DNA of 46,258 bases from Lysobacter sp. (GCA_023700985.1 JAMPXV010000001.1:1-46258); one strand, 5' to 3'; numbered from the stretch's first letter, positions 7,945 to 16,127 are shown. Notes: generated by a model from the letters alone, not told the origin. Numbers and translations are program-made.

Positions 7945-9285
7945 ATGAGCGTGAGAGAAGGCAGCCTGGAGGCCCCCACCCGGCATCCCCTCGACTGGAA
8001 GAACCCCGAGTTCTACGACCCGGAAAAGCTCTTCGCGGAGATGGAGCGCGTCTTCGACATCTGCCACGGATGCCGGCGCTGCGTCAGCCTCTGCGGATCG
8101 TTCCCGACGCTCTTCGACCTCGTCGACGAGAGCCCGACGATGGAGGTGGACGGCGTCCCGAAGGAGGCTTACTGGAAGGTCGTCGACCAGTGCTACCTCT
8201 GCGACGTCTGCTACATGACGAAGTGCCCGTACGTGCCGCCGCACCCCTGGAACCTCGACTTCCCGCACCTGATGCTGCGCGCGAAGGCGGTCAAGTTCGC
8301 GAGCGGCCAGGTGCCCTTCAGGGACAAGCTGCTCGCCTCGACCGACGGGCTGGGCACGCTCGCCTCGATCCCTATCGTCACCCAGGTGACCAACGCCCTC
8401 AACAGGTCGCCGGCCGCCCGCTCCGTGATGGAGAGCGCGCTGGGCGTCGACAAGACCGCCTGGGTTCCCGAATACGCCGGCACGAAGTTCCGCTCGAGCG
8501 TGGCCGGGAGCACCGCCTTCCCGGTGAAGGACGGCAGCCGCACTCCCGGCAAGGTGGCCATATTCTCGACCTGCTACATCAACTACAACGAGCCCGGCAT
8601 CGGCCACGACCTCACGAAGATCCTGGCCCACAACGAGATTCCCTACGTGATCGCCGAGAAGGAGGCGTGCTGCGGCATGCCCAAGCTCGAGCTCGGCGAC
8701 CTCCAGGCCGTCGCCGCCAACAAGGACAGGAACATCCCTGTGCTCGCGAAGCTGGCCCGCGAGGGCTATGCGATCGTCACGCCCATTCCCTCCTGCACGC
8801 TCATGTTCAAGCAGGAGCTCCCCCTCATGTTCCCGGACGACCCGGACGTGCAGGCGGTCAAGGAGGCGATGTTCGACCCCTTCGAGTACCTCGTCGCGCG
8901 CCAGAAGGACGGGCTCCTCAGGACGGACTTCAAGAAGCCGCTGGGCAAGGTCTCGTACCACATCCCCTGCCACTCCCGAGTCCAGAACGTCGGACAGAAG
9001 ACGCGCGAGGCGCTCGAACTCGTGCCGGACACCCTGGTCAATACCGTGGAGCGCTGTTCGGGGCACTCGGGTACCTGGGGCTGCAAGAAGGAGTTCCACC
9101 AGATGGCGATGAAGATCGGCAAGCCCGTCTTCCGCCAGATGGCGGAGACGCAGCCCGACTACATCAGCTCCGACTGCCAGCTCGGCGGCCGCCACATCGA
9201 GCAGGGGATGGGCGAGTCGCTGGGCAAGGCACAGCTCAAGCACCCCATCACGCTGCTGCGCATCGCCTACGGCCTTCCCGATTGA
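7945..9285 (+). CDS. HdrD/GlpC-like (Fe-S)-binding protein with two 4Fe-4S ferredoxin motifs and CCG-type cysteine-rich domains
   Basis: Starts [11 protein letters not shown]. Ferredoxin motifs [11 protein letters not shown] and [16 protein letters not shown]-type segments STCYINY...EACCGMP and IPCHSRV...ERCSGHSG. The part of track ORF 7414..9285 upstream of 7945 overlaps the rubrerythrin gene out of frame. Confidence 0.9.
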   Translation: MSVREGSLEAPTRHPLDWKNPEFYDPEKLFAEMERVFDICHGCRRCVSLCGSFPTLFDLVDESPTMEVDGVPKEAYWKVVDQCYLCDVCYMTKCPYVPPHPWNLDFPHLMLRAKAVKFASGQVPFRDKLLASTDGLGTLASIPIVTQVTNALNRSPAARSVMESALGVDKTAWVPEYAGTKFRSSVAGSTAFPVKDGSRTPGKVAIFSTCYINYNEPGIGHDLTKILAHNEIPYVIAEKEACCGMPKLELGDLQAVAANKDRNIPVLAKLAREGYAIVTPIPSCTLMFKQELPLMFPDDPDVQAVKEAMFDPFEYLVARQKDGLLRTDFKKPLGKVSYHIPCHSRVQNVGQKTREALELVPDTLVNTVERCSGHSGTWGCKKEFHQMAMKIGKPVFRQMAETQPDYISSDCQLGGRHIEQGMGESLGKAQLKHPITLLRIAYGLPD

Positions 9286-9309
9286 ACCGGGCCACTCCGC
9301 GACACGAGG

Positions 9310-9349
9310 CATCCGTGCTCATCCGTCTTCATCCGTGTCCATCCGTGTT
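9310..9349. repeat. Four tandem 10-bp direct repeats, CATCCGTGYY
   Basis: Read directly: CATCCGTGCT, CATCCGTCTT, CATCCGTGTC, CATCCGTGTT, head to tail. They lie in the spacer between the Fe-S gene stop (9285) and the DUF3501 start. Confidence 0.9.
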
Positions 9350-9367
9350 CCCAGACTTTTCGAGACC

Positions 9368-9964
9368 ATGATCACCACCATGCCAAAGATCACCCGCGAC
9401 TCCCTCATGACCCTCGAGGCCTACGCGAAGTCCCGCAAGGACTTCCGCGCGAAGGTTCTCGAGCACAAGAAGCCGCGCGCCGTGCACATCGGCGACCACG
9501 TGACGCTCCTCTTCGAGGACGAGCTCACGATCCGCTACCAGATCCAGGAGATGCTGCGCATCGAGAAGACCTTCGAGGAGGCCGGCATCCAGGACGAGCT
9601 CGACGCCTACAACCCCCTCGTGCCGGACGGGCGCAACTTCAAGGCGACGATGCTCATCGAGTACGAGGACGTCGAGGAGCGCCGCGCCGCCCTGGCGAAG
9701 CTCAAGGGCATCGAGGACAAGGTCTGGGTGCAGGTCGAGGGCTCGCCCAGGGCCTACGCCATCGCCGACGAGGACCTCGAGCGCGAGAACGAGCAGAAGA
9801 CCTCCGCCGTGCACTTCCTTCGCTTCGAGCTCACGAAGGAGATGGCCGAGGCCCTCAAGTACGGCGTGGCCCTGTCCATCGGCGTGGACCACCCGAACTA
9901 CACGGCCGCCTGCGCCCCCGTCCCGCAGGAAACGCGCGCGGCGCTGGTGAAGGACCTCGCCTAG
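9368..9964 (+). CDS. DUF3501-family protein
   Basis: The sequence KITRDSLMTLEAYAKSRKDFRAKVLEHKKPRAVHIGDHVTLLFEDELTIRYQIQEMLRIEK matches my recollection of DUF3501. The start is uncertain: ATG 9368, ATG 9380, or the track's GTG 9335, which lies inside the tandem repeat. Confidence 0.8.
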   Translation: MITTMPKITRDSLMTLEAYAKSRKDFRAKVLEHKKPRAVHIGDHVTLLFEDELTIRYQIQEMLRIEKTFEEAGIQDELDAYNPLVPDGRNFKATMLIEYEDVEERRAALAKLKGIEDKVWVQVEGSPRAYAIADEDLERENEQKTSAVHFLRFELTKEMAEALKYGVALSIGVDHPNYTAACAPVPQETRAALVKDLA

Positions 9965-9982
9965 CGGCGAGGCCCCTTCCCG

Positions 9983-11797
9983 TCACAGCTTCGCGACATC
10001 CGGCGCGGCGGGGCCGAACCAGGCCTTCGCCTGGGCCGCCCGCGCCGCCTTCTCCGCTTTCGCGTCGCCCTTGCGCCGGTAGGTCTCGGCAAGCCCCGCC
10101 AGCGCCCAGCCGTTGTTGCGCACGCGTCCGAGGGAATCGCGGAAGGCCTTCTCGGCCTCGTCCAGGCGCCCCTGGCGCAGGCGCACGGAGCCCAGGGACT
10201 GGCGGACCGGGTAGTACCAGTACGAGGGCTCCATGTAGGCGAGCGAGTCCTCGATGAAGATCGCCTCCTCGTAGGCGCGCGCCGCGGCCTCGAGATCGCC
10301 CATCGCGTCCGCGAGGCGTCCGGAGGCCACGAGCCTTGCCGTCTGCACGATCTCGCGGGCCGGCACGGCCCACTCGGCGAACGGCTTGAAATCGGCCTTG
10401 CCTTCGATGCGCTCGAGCGCCGCGATCTCGGCACGGGCGCCCTTCCCGTCCCGCAGCGAGGCGAAAGCAACGGCCCGCGCGTAGTGGTGCATGGCCTTCA
10501 CGAGCGCCAGGCGGTCGTCGGGCGCCGGCAGGGCGAGGATGGTCCCGGCGTCCGAGAACTGCGCGTGCGTCAGGTAGGGCGCCGACTTGACGGGCTGCAG
10601 CGCCGCGATCTTCGCGACGGCCTCGGTCGCGAGCACAGCGTCGAGCTTCGCCGCGGCCTGCGTCGCGGTGCGGCCGTCGCCGCCCATCTGCGCGCTCACC
10701 ATCACGAAGTGGATGTTGTGCGGGTAGTAGGCGAAGCGGTACATCGGGTCGGAGGGCGACTGGCCGAAGTACTTCTCGTCGACCGCGATCGCCTTCAGGT
10801 TGGCGTCGAGCGATTCCTTGTACAGCCCCAGCCGGATGTAGATGTGGGCGGGCATGTGCACGAGGTGCCCCGCGCCGGGCACCAGCGCCCCGAGGCGGCG
10901 CGCGTGCGGCAGCGCCTTCTCGGGAGCCGTCGAGGATTCCATGGCGTGGATGTAGAAGTGGATCGCGCCGGGATGCGAGGGGTTGCGGCGCAGCACGGTC
11001 TCCAGCGCCGCGACGAGTTCCCGGGTGCGGCCCTTGGGCTTCGCGCCCGCGGCCTCCCAGTAGTCCCACGGCTGCGTGTCCATGATCGCCTCTGCGTGAA
11101 GCAACTGGATGAAGTCGTCGGCGGGGTAGCGCTTCGCGAGTGCCGCCACGGCGTCGGCGAACGCCGCGTCCAGTGCCGCGCGATCGGCCCCGGGCTCGCG
11201 CGAGTAGCGCCGCGCGAGGGCCTCGACGAGGGCGCGCTCCTTTTCGCTCGCGCCGCCCGAGAGTTCCCGGGCGCTGGCAAGCGCGGCCAGCGCCGGCTCG
11301 TTCGCCGCCGGATCCATGGGGGCGTTGATGTTGGGGCCGAGGACGAACGCCTCGCCCCAGAAGCACATCGCGCAGCGCGGATCCAGCCGCTGGGCCTCCC
11401 GGAACGCACGCTGCGCCTCCGCGTGGTTGAACCCGTACGTGAGGCGCAATCCCTGGTCGAAATAGGCCTGCGCTTTCGGGGATGCCGTCGTCACCTTGTA
11501 GGTGAGCGTGCCCAGCCCCTCGAGGAGCGGCACGTCGCCCCCCGCGGCCTTCGCGGGAACGGGCTGGAACGGCGCGGTTTCGGTGCGCGCGAGGACGAGT
11601 TTCCTCAGCAGGGCCGGCTGCCCGCCCGTGGACGGTGCGCAGGCCCGCGACGTGGCATCGAGCAGGGGATCGGCTGCCCCGGCGGGGTCGTCGCCCGCGA
11701 AGCCGGACTGGTTGGCGAGCGCGGCGACGCCGATGAGGCCGCAGGCGGCGAGCGCGGCGGCGAGCGCGCGAAGCGTGGGTCGGTGCGGGGGTTTCAT
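9983..11797 (-). CDS. Secreted tetratricopeptide-repeat (TPR) protein
   Basis: 604 aa. Signal peptide MKPPHRPTLRALAAALAACGLIGVAALA, repeated TPR-like Ala/Tyr/Gly helices, and AGGAGG upstream of the start. Confidence 0.8.
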   Translation of the reverse strand: MKPPHRPTLRALAAALAACGLIGVAALANQSGFAGDDPAGAADPLLDATSRACAPSTGGQPALLRKLVLARTETAPFQPVPAKAAGGDVPLLEGLGTLTYKVTTASPKAQAYFDQGLRLTYGFNHAEAQRAFREAQRLDPRCAMCFWGEAFVLGPNINAPMDPAANEPALAALASARELSGGASEKERALVEALARRYSREPGADRAALDAAFADAVAALAKRYPADDFIQLLHAEAIMDTQPWDYWEAAGAKPKGRTRELVAALETVLRRNPSHPGAIHFYIHAMESSTAPEKALPHARRLGALVPGAGHLVHMPAHIYIRLGLYKESLDANLKAIAVDEKYFGQSPSDPMYRFAYYPHNIHFVMVSAQMGGDGRTATQAAAKLDAVLATEAVAKIAALQPVKSAPYLTHAQFSDAGTILALPAPDDRLALVKAMHHYARAVAFASLRDGKGARAEIAALERIEGKADFKPFAEWAVPAREIVQTARLVASGRLADAMGDLEAAARAYEEAIFIEDSLAYMEPSYWYYPVRQSLGSVRLRQGRLDEAEKAFRDSLGRVRNNGWALAGLAETYRRKGDAKAEKAARAAQAKAWFGPAAPDVAKL

Positions 11798-11863
11798 GGC
11801 ATTCCTCCTTGTCAGGGGGCGGGCGTCGGCCAGGGCGCCCTCCGGAAAATCACGCCATTATAC

Positions 11864-11877
11864 AGACCAATTGGTAT
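11864..11877. promoter_or_regulatory. Palindromic operator candidate AGACC-AATT-GGTAT (core of the 18-bp palindrome at 11862-11879)
   Basis: Read directly in the AT-rich divergent spacer between the TPR gene and the TetR gene. It shares the ATACC-N4-GGTAT pattern with the site at 11938-11951. Confidence 0.35.
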
Positions 11878-11937
11878 GTTACAAGTACTTTTGCAGAGAC
11901 AATGTCTCCAACCCCTTGTTTATTAGCCTTCTCTGAC

Positions 11938-11951
11938 ATACCATCCGGTAT
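11938..11951. promoter_or_regulatory. Palindromic operator candidate ATACC-ATCC-GGTAT overlapping a TATAAT hexamer (11949-11954)
   Basis: Read directly. Its centre is 74 bp from the first site. The TATAAT abuts the first ATG of the TetR ORF. Confidence 0.35.
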
Positions 11952-11954
11952 AAT

Positions 11955-12620
11955 ATGGACACGCCAATGGATGCACCCCGCACCCGGGACCCCGAACGGA
12001 CGCGCGAGCGGATACTCGATTCGGCGCAGGCCCTGATCCTCGACCACGGGTTCTCCGCCACCACGGTCGATGCCGTGGTCGGCCGCGCCGGCACGACGAA
12101 GGGAGCGTTCTTCCACCACTTCGGGAGCAAGTCCGACCTGGCCCGGGCGCTCGTGGAGCGCTACGCGGCGCTGGACCGCTCACACCTCGAGGAGAGCCTC
12201 GCGCGCGCCGAGAAGCTCGCCTCCGACCCGCTGCAGCAGGTGCTGCTGCTGATCGCGCTCTACGAGGAGGAGTTCGAGGCGATGGATGAGCCCTTCCCGG
12301 GCTGCCTCTTCGCCTCCTACATCTACGAGAGCAAGCTCTTCGACACCGCCACCCTCGAAGTCCTGCGGGACTCGACGCTGCTGTGGCGCCGCGTGATGCG
12401 GGCGAAGCTGGAGGAGGTCGCGGCGTTGCACCCGCCTCGCCGCGCCGTCGACATGGAAAGCCTGGCCGACCTCTTCTACTCGCTCTCCGAAGGCGCCTTC
12501 ATCATGACGAAGACGCTGGGCGACAAGACGATGCTCGCCCGCCAGGCCCGCCACCTGCGGACCTACCTGGAGCTGCTCTTCGGGCCGGCCGAAGCCGGGG
12601 CTACGCCGCCGCCATCCTGA
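11955..12620 (+). CDS. TetR/AcrR-family transcriptional regulator
   Basis: N-terminal HTH RTRERILDSAQALILDHGFSATTVDAVVGRAGTTKGAFFHHFGSK. The second in-frame ATG at 11967 is an alternative start. Confidence 0.9.
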   Translation: MDTPMDAPRTRDPERTRERILDSAQALILDHGFSATTVDAVVGRAGTTKGAFFHHFGSKSDLARALVERYAALDRSHLEESLARAEKLASDPLQQVLLLIALYEEEFEAMDEPFPGCLFASYIYESKLFDTATLEVLRDSTLLWRRVMRAKLEEVAALHPPRRAVDMESLADLFYSLSEGAFIMTKTLGDKTMLARQARHLRTYLELLFGPAEAGATPPPS

Positions 12621-13512
12621 GGCAGGGAAGCTTCACGGCCAGGATCGCGTCGGCCACCGCGTCGACCGCCTTGAGCCGGGAGAAGCTCGCGCGCCAGGCG
12701 ATGGCCACCTTGCGCGACGGGACGGGGTCGGTGAACGGGATCTCCTTCACCAGCTTGTTGCCGTAGCGCGGTTGCAGCGCCATGGCCGGCAGCACGCTCA
12801 CCCCCAGACCCGAGGCCACCATGTTGCGGATCGTCTCGAGCGAGCTGCCCGAGAGCCCCTCGGGACTCGCGGTGTTGGACTGCCCGGGGCAGGCTTCCAG
12901 CACCTGCTCGCGGAAGCAGTGCCCGGCGTTGAGGACCAGCAGGTTCTCGCCGGAAAGCTCGTCCGGGCGCACGTGCTTCTTCTTCGCCCACAGGTGCCCC
13001 TCGGGAACCACGACGCTGAACGGCTCCTCGTAGAGGGTCCGCGTCTTCACGCCCGTCACGGAGAACGGCAGGGCGATGATGGCGACGTCGATGTCCCCGT
13101 CGCGCAGCATCGGCACGAGGTTGGCGGTGAAGTTCTCCTCGATCATGAGCGGCATGTTCGGCGCGCTCTTGCGCAGGATCGGCACGAGCTCCGGCAGCAG
13201 GTACGGCCCGATGGTCGGGATCACTCCGAGCCGCAGCGCCCCGGAAAGCTGGTCCTGGCTGCCCTTGGCGAGGAGCGGGATCTTTCCGACCTCGTCCAGC
13301 ACCCGGCGGGCCTGGTCCACGATCTCGGCGCCCATCGGCGTCACCAGGACCTCGTTCTTGTTGCGCTCGAAAAGGCGCACGCCCAGCTCGTCCTCGAGCT
13401 TCGCGAGCGCGAGGGACAGCGTGGGCTGGGTGACGAAGCACTTCTGCGCGGCGCGCCCGAAATGGCGCTCCTGGGCCAGGGCGACCACGTAGCGGAGTTC
13501 GGTGAGGGTCAT
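12601..13512 (-). CDS. oxyR: LysR-family peroxide sensor OxyR
   Basis: LysR HTH MTLTELRYVVALAQERHFGRAAQKCFVTQPTLS. The segment GHCFREQVLEAC aligns with the E. coli OxyR redox cysteines C199/C208. The gene is divergent from a peroxiredoxin gene. Confidence 0.88.
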   Translation of the reverse strand: MTLTELRYVVALAQERHFGRAAQKCFVTQPTLSLALAKLEDELGVRLFERNKNEVLVTPMGAEIVDQARRVLDEVGKIPLLAKGSQDQLSGALRLGVIPTIGPYLLPELVPILRKSAPNMPLMIEENFTANLVPMLRDGDIDVAIIALPFSVTGVKTRTLYEEPFSVVVPEGHLWAKKKHVRPDELSGENLLVLNAGHCFREQVLEACPGQSNTASPEGLSGSSLETIRNMVASGLGVSVLPAMALQPRYGNKLVKEIPFTDPVPSRKVAIAWRASFSRLKAVDAVADAILAVKLPCLRMAAA

Positions 13513-13522
13513 GGCTAGCTCG

Positions 13523-13559
13523 ATAGGGGTTGGCTATGAAGATTATAACTACAATAAAT
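13523..13559. promoter_or_regulatory. OxyR-type tetranucleotide array ATAG-N7-CTAT-N7-ATAA-N7-AAAT
   Basis: Read directly in the oxyR/prx divergent spacer. The first two elements match the consensus ATAG-N7-CTAT-N7-ATAG-N7-CTAT exactly and the last two match partially. Confidence 0.55.
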
Positions 13560-13625
13560 TGGACGAATCAATCACCCCTCCGTAAAGTGCATGGACTTGC
13601 TTATCAACCCACCCGGAGAAACCCC

Positions 13626-14375
13626 ATGCTCAAGAGCAACGAAGGCCAGCGCGTCCCCAACGTCACGTTCCGCACCCGCCAGGACAACCAGTGGAAGGAC
13701 GTCACCACCGACCAGATCTTCGCCGGCAAGACGGTCATCGTCTTCGCCCTGCCCGGCGCCTACACGCCCACCTGCTCCACGACGCACCTGCCCCGCTACA
13801 ACGAGCTCGCGCCCACGTTCTCGAAGCTGGGCATCGACGAGATCGTCTGCCTCTCCGTGAACGACGGCTTCGTCATGTCCGAGTGGCAGAAGGACCAGGA
13901 CGCGCCCAACGTCACGTTCATCCCGGACGGCAACGGCGAGTTCACCGAGAAGATGGGCATGCTCGTCGACAAGGCGAACCTCGGCTTCGGCAAGCGCTCG
14001 TGGCGCTATTCGATGCTCGTGAAGGACGGCGTCGTCGTGAAGCAGTTCATCGAGCCCGAGAAGGAAGGCGACCCGTTCGAGGTCTCCGATGCCGACACGA
14101 TGCTCAAGTACCTCGCGCCCGCCGCCAAGGCGCCGGAGCCCGCGGTGATCTTCACCAAGCCCGGCTGCCCGCACTGCGCCCGGGCCAAGGCGCTGCTCGA
14201 CGCCAACGGCGTGGCCTACGAGGAAGTGACGCTCGGCAAGAGCGTGACCTTCTCGACCATCCGCGCCGTGTCCGGACGCGGCACCGCCCCGCAGGTCTTC
14301 GTCGGGGGCCGCCACATCGGTGGCGCCGACGAACTGGCCGCCTGGTTCGCGGCCTCGCAGAAGCTGGCCGCCTGA
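13626..14375 (+). CDS. Hybrid peroxiredoxin-glutaredoxin (Prx5-type peroxidase fused to Grx)
   Basis: Prx5 active site PGAYTPTCS. The C-terminal Grx domain has CPHC ([12 protein letters not shown]). Overall this looks like the hybrid Prx5-Grx peroxidases known from Haemophilus and Neisseria. The start MLKSNEG lies downstream of the track's 13530. Confidence 0.92.
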   Translation: MLKSNEGQRVPNVTFRTRQDNQWKDVTTDQIFAGKTVIVFALPGAYTPTCSTTHLPRYNELAPTFSKLGIDEIVCLSVNDGFVMSEWQKDQDAPNVTFIPDGNGEFTEKMGMLVDKANLGFGKRSWRYSMLVKDGVVVKQFIEPEKEGDPFEVSDADTMLKYLAPAAKAPEPAVIFTKPGCPHCARAKALLDANGVAYEEVTLGKSVTFSTIRAVSGRGTAPQVFVGGRHIGGADELAAWFAASQKLAA

Positions 14376-14434
14376 GTGCCGGCCTTCGCGGGCCGGCCAT
14401 CCGGCCGGCCCGCGGCATTTCCAGGGAGAAAGCC

Positions 14435-15844
14435 ATGAAATCGCTCACCGTCGACGTCGCCGTCATCGGCGCCGGCACCGCCGGCCTTGCCGCCTACCGT
14501 GCCGCCCGTGCCCGCGGCGCCCGGGCCGTGATCATCGAGTCGGGCCCCCACGGCACGACCTGCGCCCGCGTCGGCTGCATGCCGTCCAAGCTCCTCATCG
14601 CCGCCGCCGAGGCCGCGCACGCCATCGACGAGGCGCCGGGGTTCGGCGTGCACGTGGACGGAAAGAAGCGCGTCGACGGCCGCGAGGTGATGGGCCGCGT
14701 GAAGCGCGAGCGCGACCGCTTCGTGGGCTTCGTGCTCGAGGGCGTCGAGAAGATCCCCGCCGCCGACCGCGTCGAGGGCAGGGCCCGCTTCGTGGACCGC
14801 AACACGATCGACGTCGACGGCCACACGCGCGTCAGCGCCCGGTCCGTCGTGATCGCGACCGGCTCCCGGCCCGCCGTGCCGGCGATGCTCACCGGCGCCG
14901 GTGACCGCCTCGTCGTGAACGACGACGTGTTCTCGTGGGACACCCTGCCCCGCTCCGTGGCCGTCTTCGGTCCCGGCGTCATCGGGCTCGAGATCGGCCA
15001 GGCCCTGGCGCGACTGGGCGTGCGCGTGGTCGTGCTCGGTCGCGGCGGGCGCGTGGGGCCCCTGGGCGACCCCGTCGTGCGCGACGCGGCGCTCAAGGCG
15101 ATCTCCGCGGAGCTCTACGTGGACCCCGACGCACGGGTGAAGCGGGTCACCCGCATCACCGAGGGCGTGGAGGTCGAATACACCCGCCTCGACGGCACTG
15201 TCCGCGTCGAATCCTTCGACTACGTGCTCGCCGCCACCGGCCGGCGCCCCAACGTGGACGGCCTGGGTCTCGAATCCCTCGGCCTCGAACTCGACGCGGC
15301 CGGCGTGCCGCGCTTCGACCCGGCCACGCTGCGCGTGGGGTCGACCAACCTCTTCATCGCGGGCGACGCCTCCAACTTCATCCCGCTGCTGCACGAGGCC
15401 GCCGACGAGGGTCGCATCGCCGGCGACAACGCCGCGCGCTTCCCGGTGGTGGAGGCCGGCGCCCGCCGCATGCCGCTCGCCGTGGTCTTCACCGACCCGC
15501 AGATCGCCATCGTGGGGGGCGGCTACGAGAAGCTCGTGCCCGGCACCTTCGAGGCAGGCGAGGTCTCGTTCGAGGACCAGGGGCGCTCCCGCGTCATGCG
15601 CCGGAACCGCGGCCACCTTCGCGTCTACGCCGATCGCCTTACCGGCGTCTTCCTGGGCGCCGAGATGGCCGGTCCCGCCGCGGAACACATCGGGCACTTG
15701 CTCGCGTGGGCCGCAGCGAACAGAATGACCGTCGCATCGATGCTCGAGATGCCCTTCTACCACCCCGTTGTAGAGGAAGGGCTCCGGACGGCGCTCCGGG
15801 ACCTCGACGCAAAGCTCCGCACACCCCGGGCCATCGCCGCGTAG
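14435..15844 (+). CDS. Dihydrolipoyl-dehydrogenase-like class I pyridine nucleotide-disulfide oxidoreductase
   Basis: FAD fold VAVIGAGTAGLAA, redox disulfide GTTCARVGCMPSK, C-terminal HPVVEEG dimerisation/His-Glu region. GGGAGA lies upstream of the ATG. Confidence 0.9.
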   Translation: MKSLTVDVAVIGAGTAGLAAYRAARARGARAVIIESGPHGTTCARVGCMPSKLLIAAAEAAHAIDEAPGFGVHVDGKKRVDGREVMGRVKRERDRFVGFVLEGVEKIPAADRVEGRARFVDRNTIDVDGHTRVSARSVVIATGSRPAVPAMLTGAGDRLVVNDDVFSWDTLPRSVAVFGPGVIGLEIGQALARLGVRVVVLGRGGRVGPLGDPVVRDAALKAISAELYVDPDARVKRVTRITEGVEVEYTRLDGTVRVESFDYVLAATGRRPNVDGLGLESLGLELDAAGVPRFDPATLRVGSTNLFIAGDASNFIPLLHEAADEGRIAGDNAARFPVVEAGARRMPLAVVFTDPQIAIVGGGYEKLVPGTFEAGEVSFEDQGRSRVMRRNRGHLRVYADRLTGVFLGAEMAGPAAEHIGHLLAWAAANRMTVASMLEMPFYHPVVEEGLRTALRDLDAKLRTPRAIAA

Positions 15845-15878
15845 ACGGCTTCCCGGGCCAGCCCCGGGAGGCGCCGCC

Positions 15879-16118
15879 ATGCCGCTGGAAATGAAGAAGT
15901 ACGGCTTCCGCATCCGAACGCGCGGAGGTTCCGTGGTCGACAACCTCACCATCCAGGGCCGCGACCGCGACGAGGCGGAGCGCAAGCTTCGGCAGGTCTA
16001 CCACCACTGCGTGGTGCTGGAGGCGCGCGAGATCCACGAGTCCGGCGCGGCGGACGCCTCGGACTTCGAGGGAGTCATCACCCTGATCGCCGACGAGGGC
16101 CGGCGCGGCGAAGGCTGA
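15879..16118 (+). CDS. Small hypothetical protein (79 aa)
   Basis: GGGAGG lies 8 nt upstream of the ATG. Third codon positions are strongly G/C and composition is non-repetitive (MKKYGFRIRTRGGSVVDNLTIQGRDRDEAERKLRQVYHHCVVLEAREI). The gene lies 35 nt after the lpd-like stop. I recognise no family. Confidence 0.55.
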   Translation: MPLEMKKYGFRIRTRGGSVVDNLTIQGRDRDEAERKLRQVYHHCVVLEAREIHESGAADASDFEGVITLIADEGRRGEG

Positions 16119-16127
16119 CCGCGGCAG

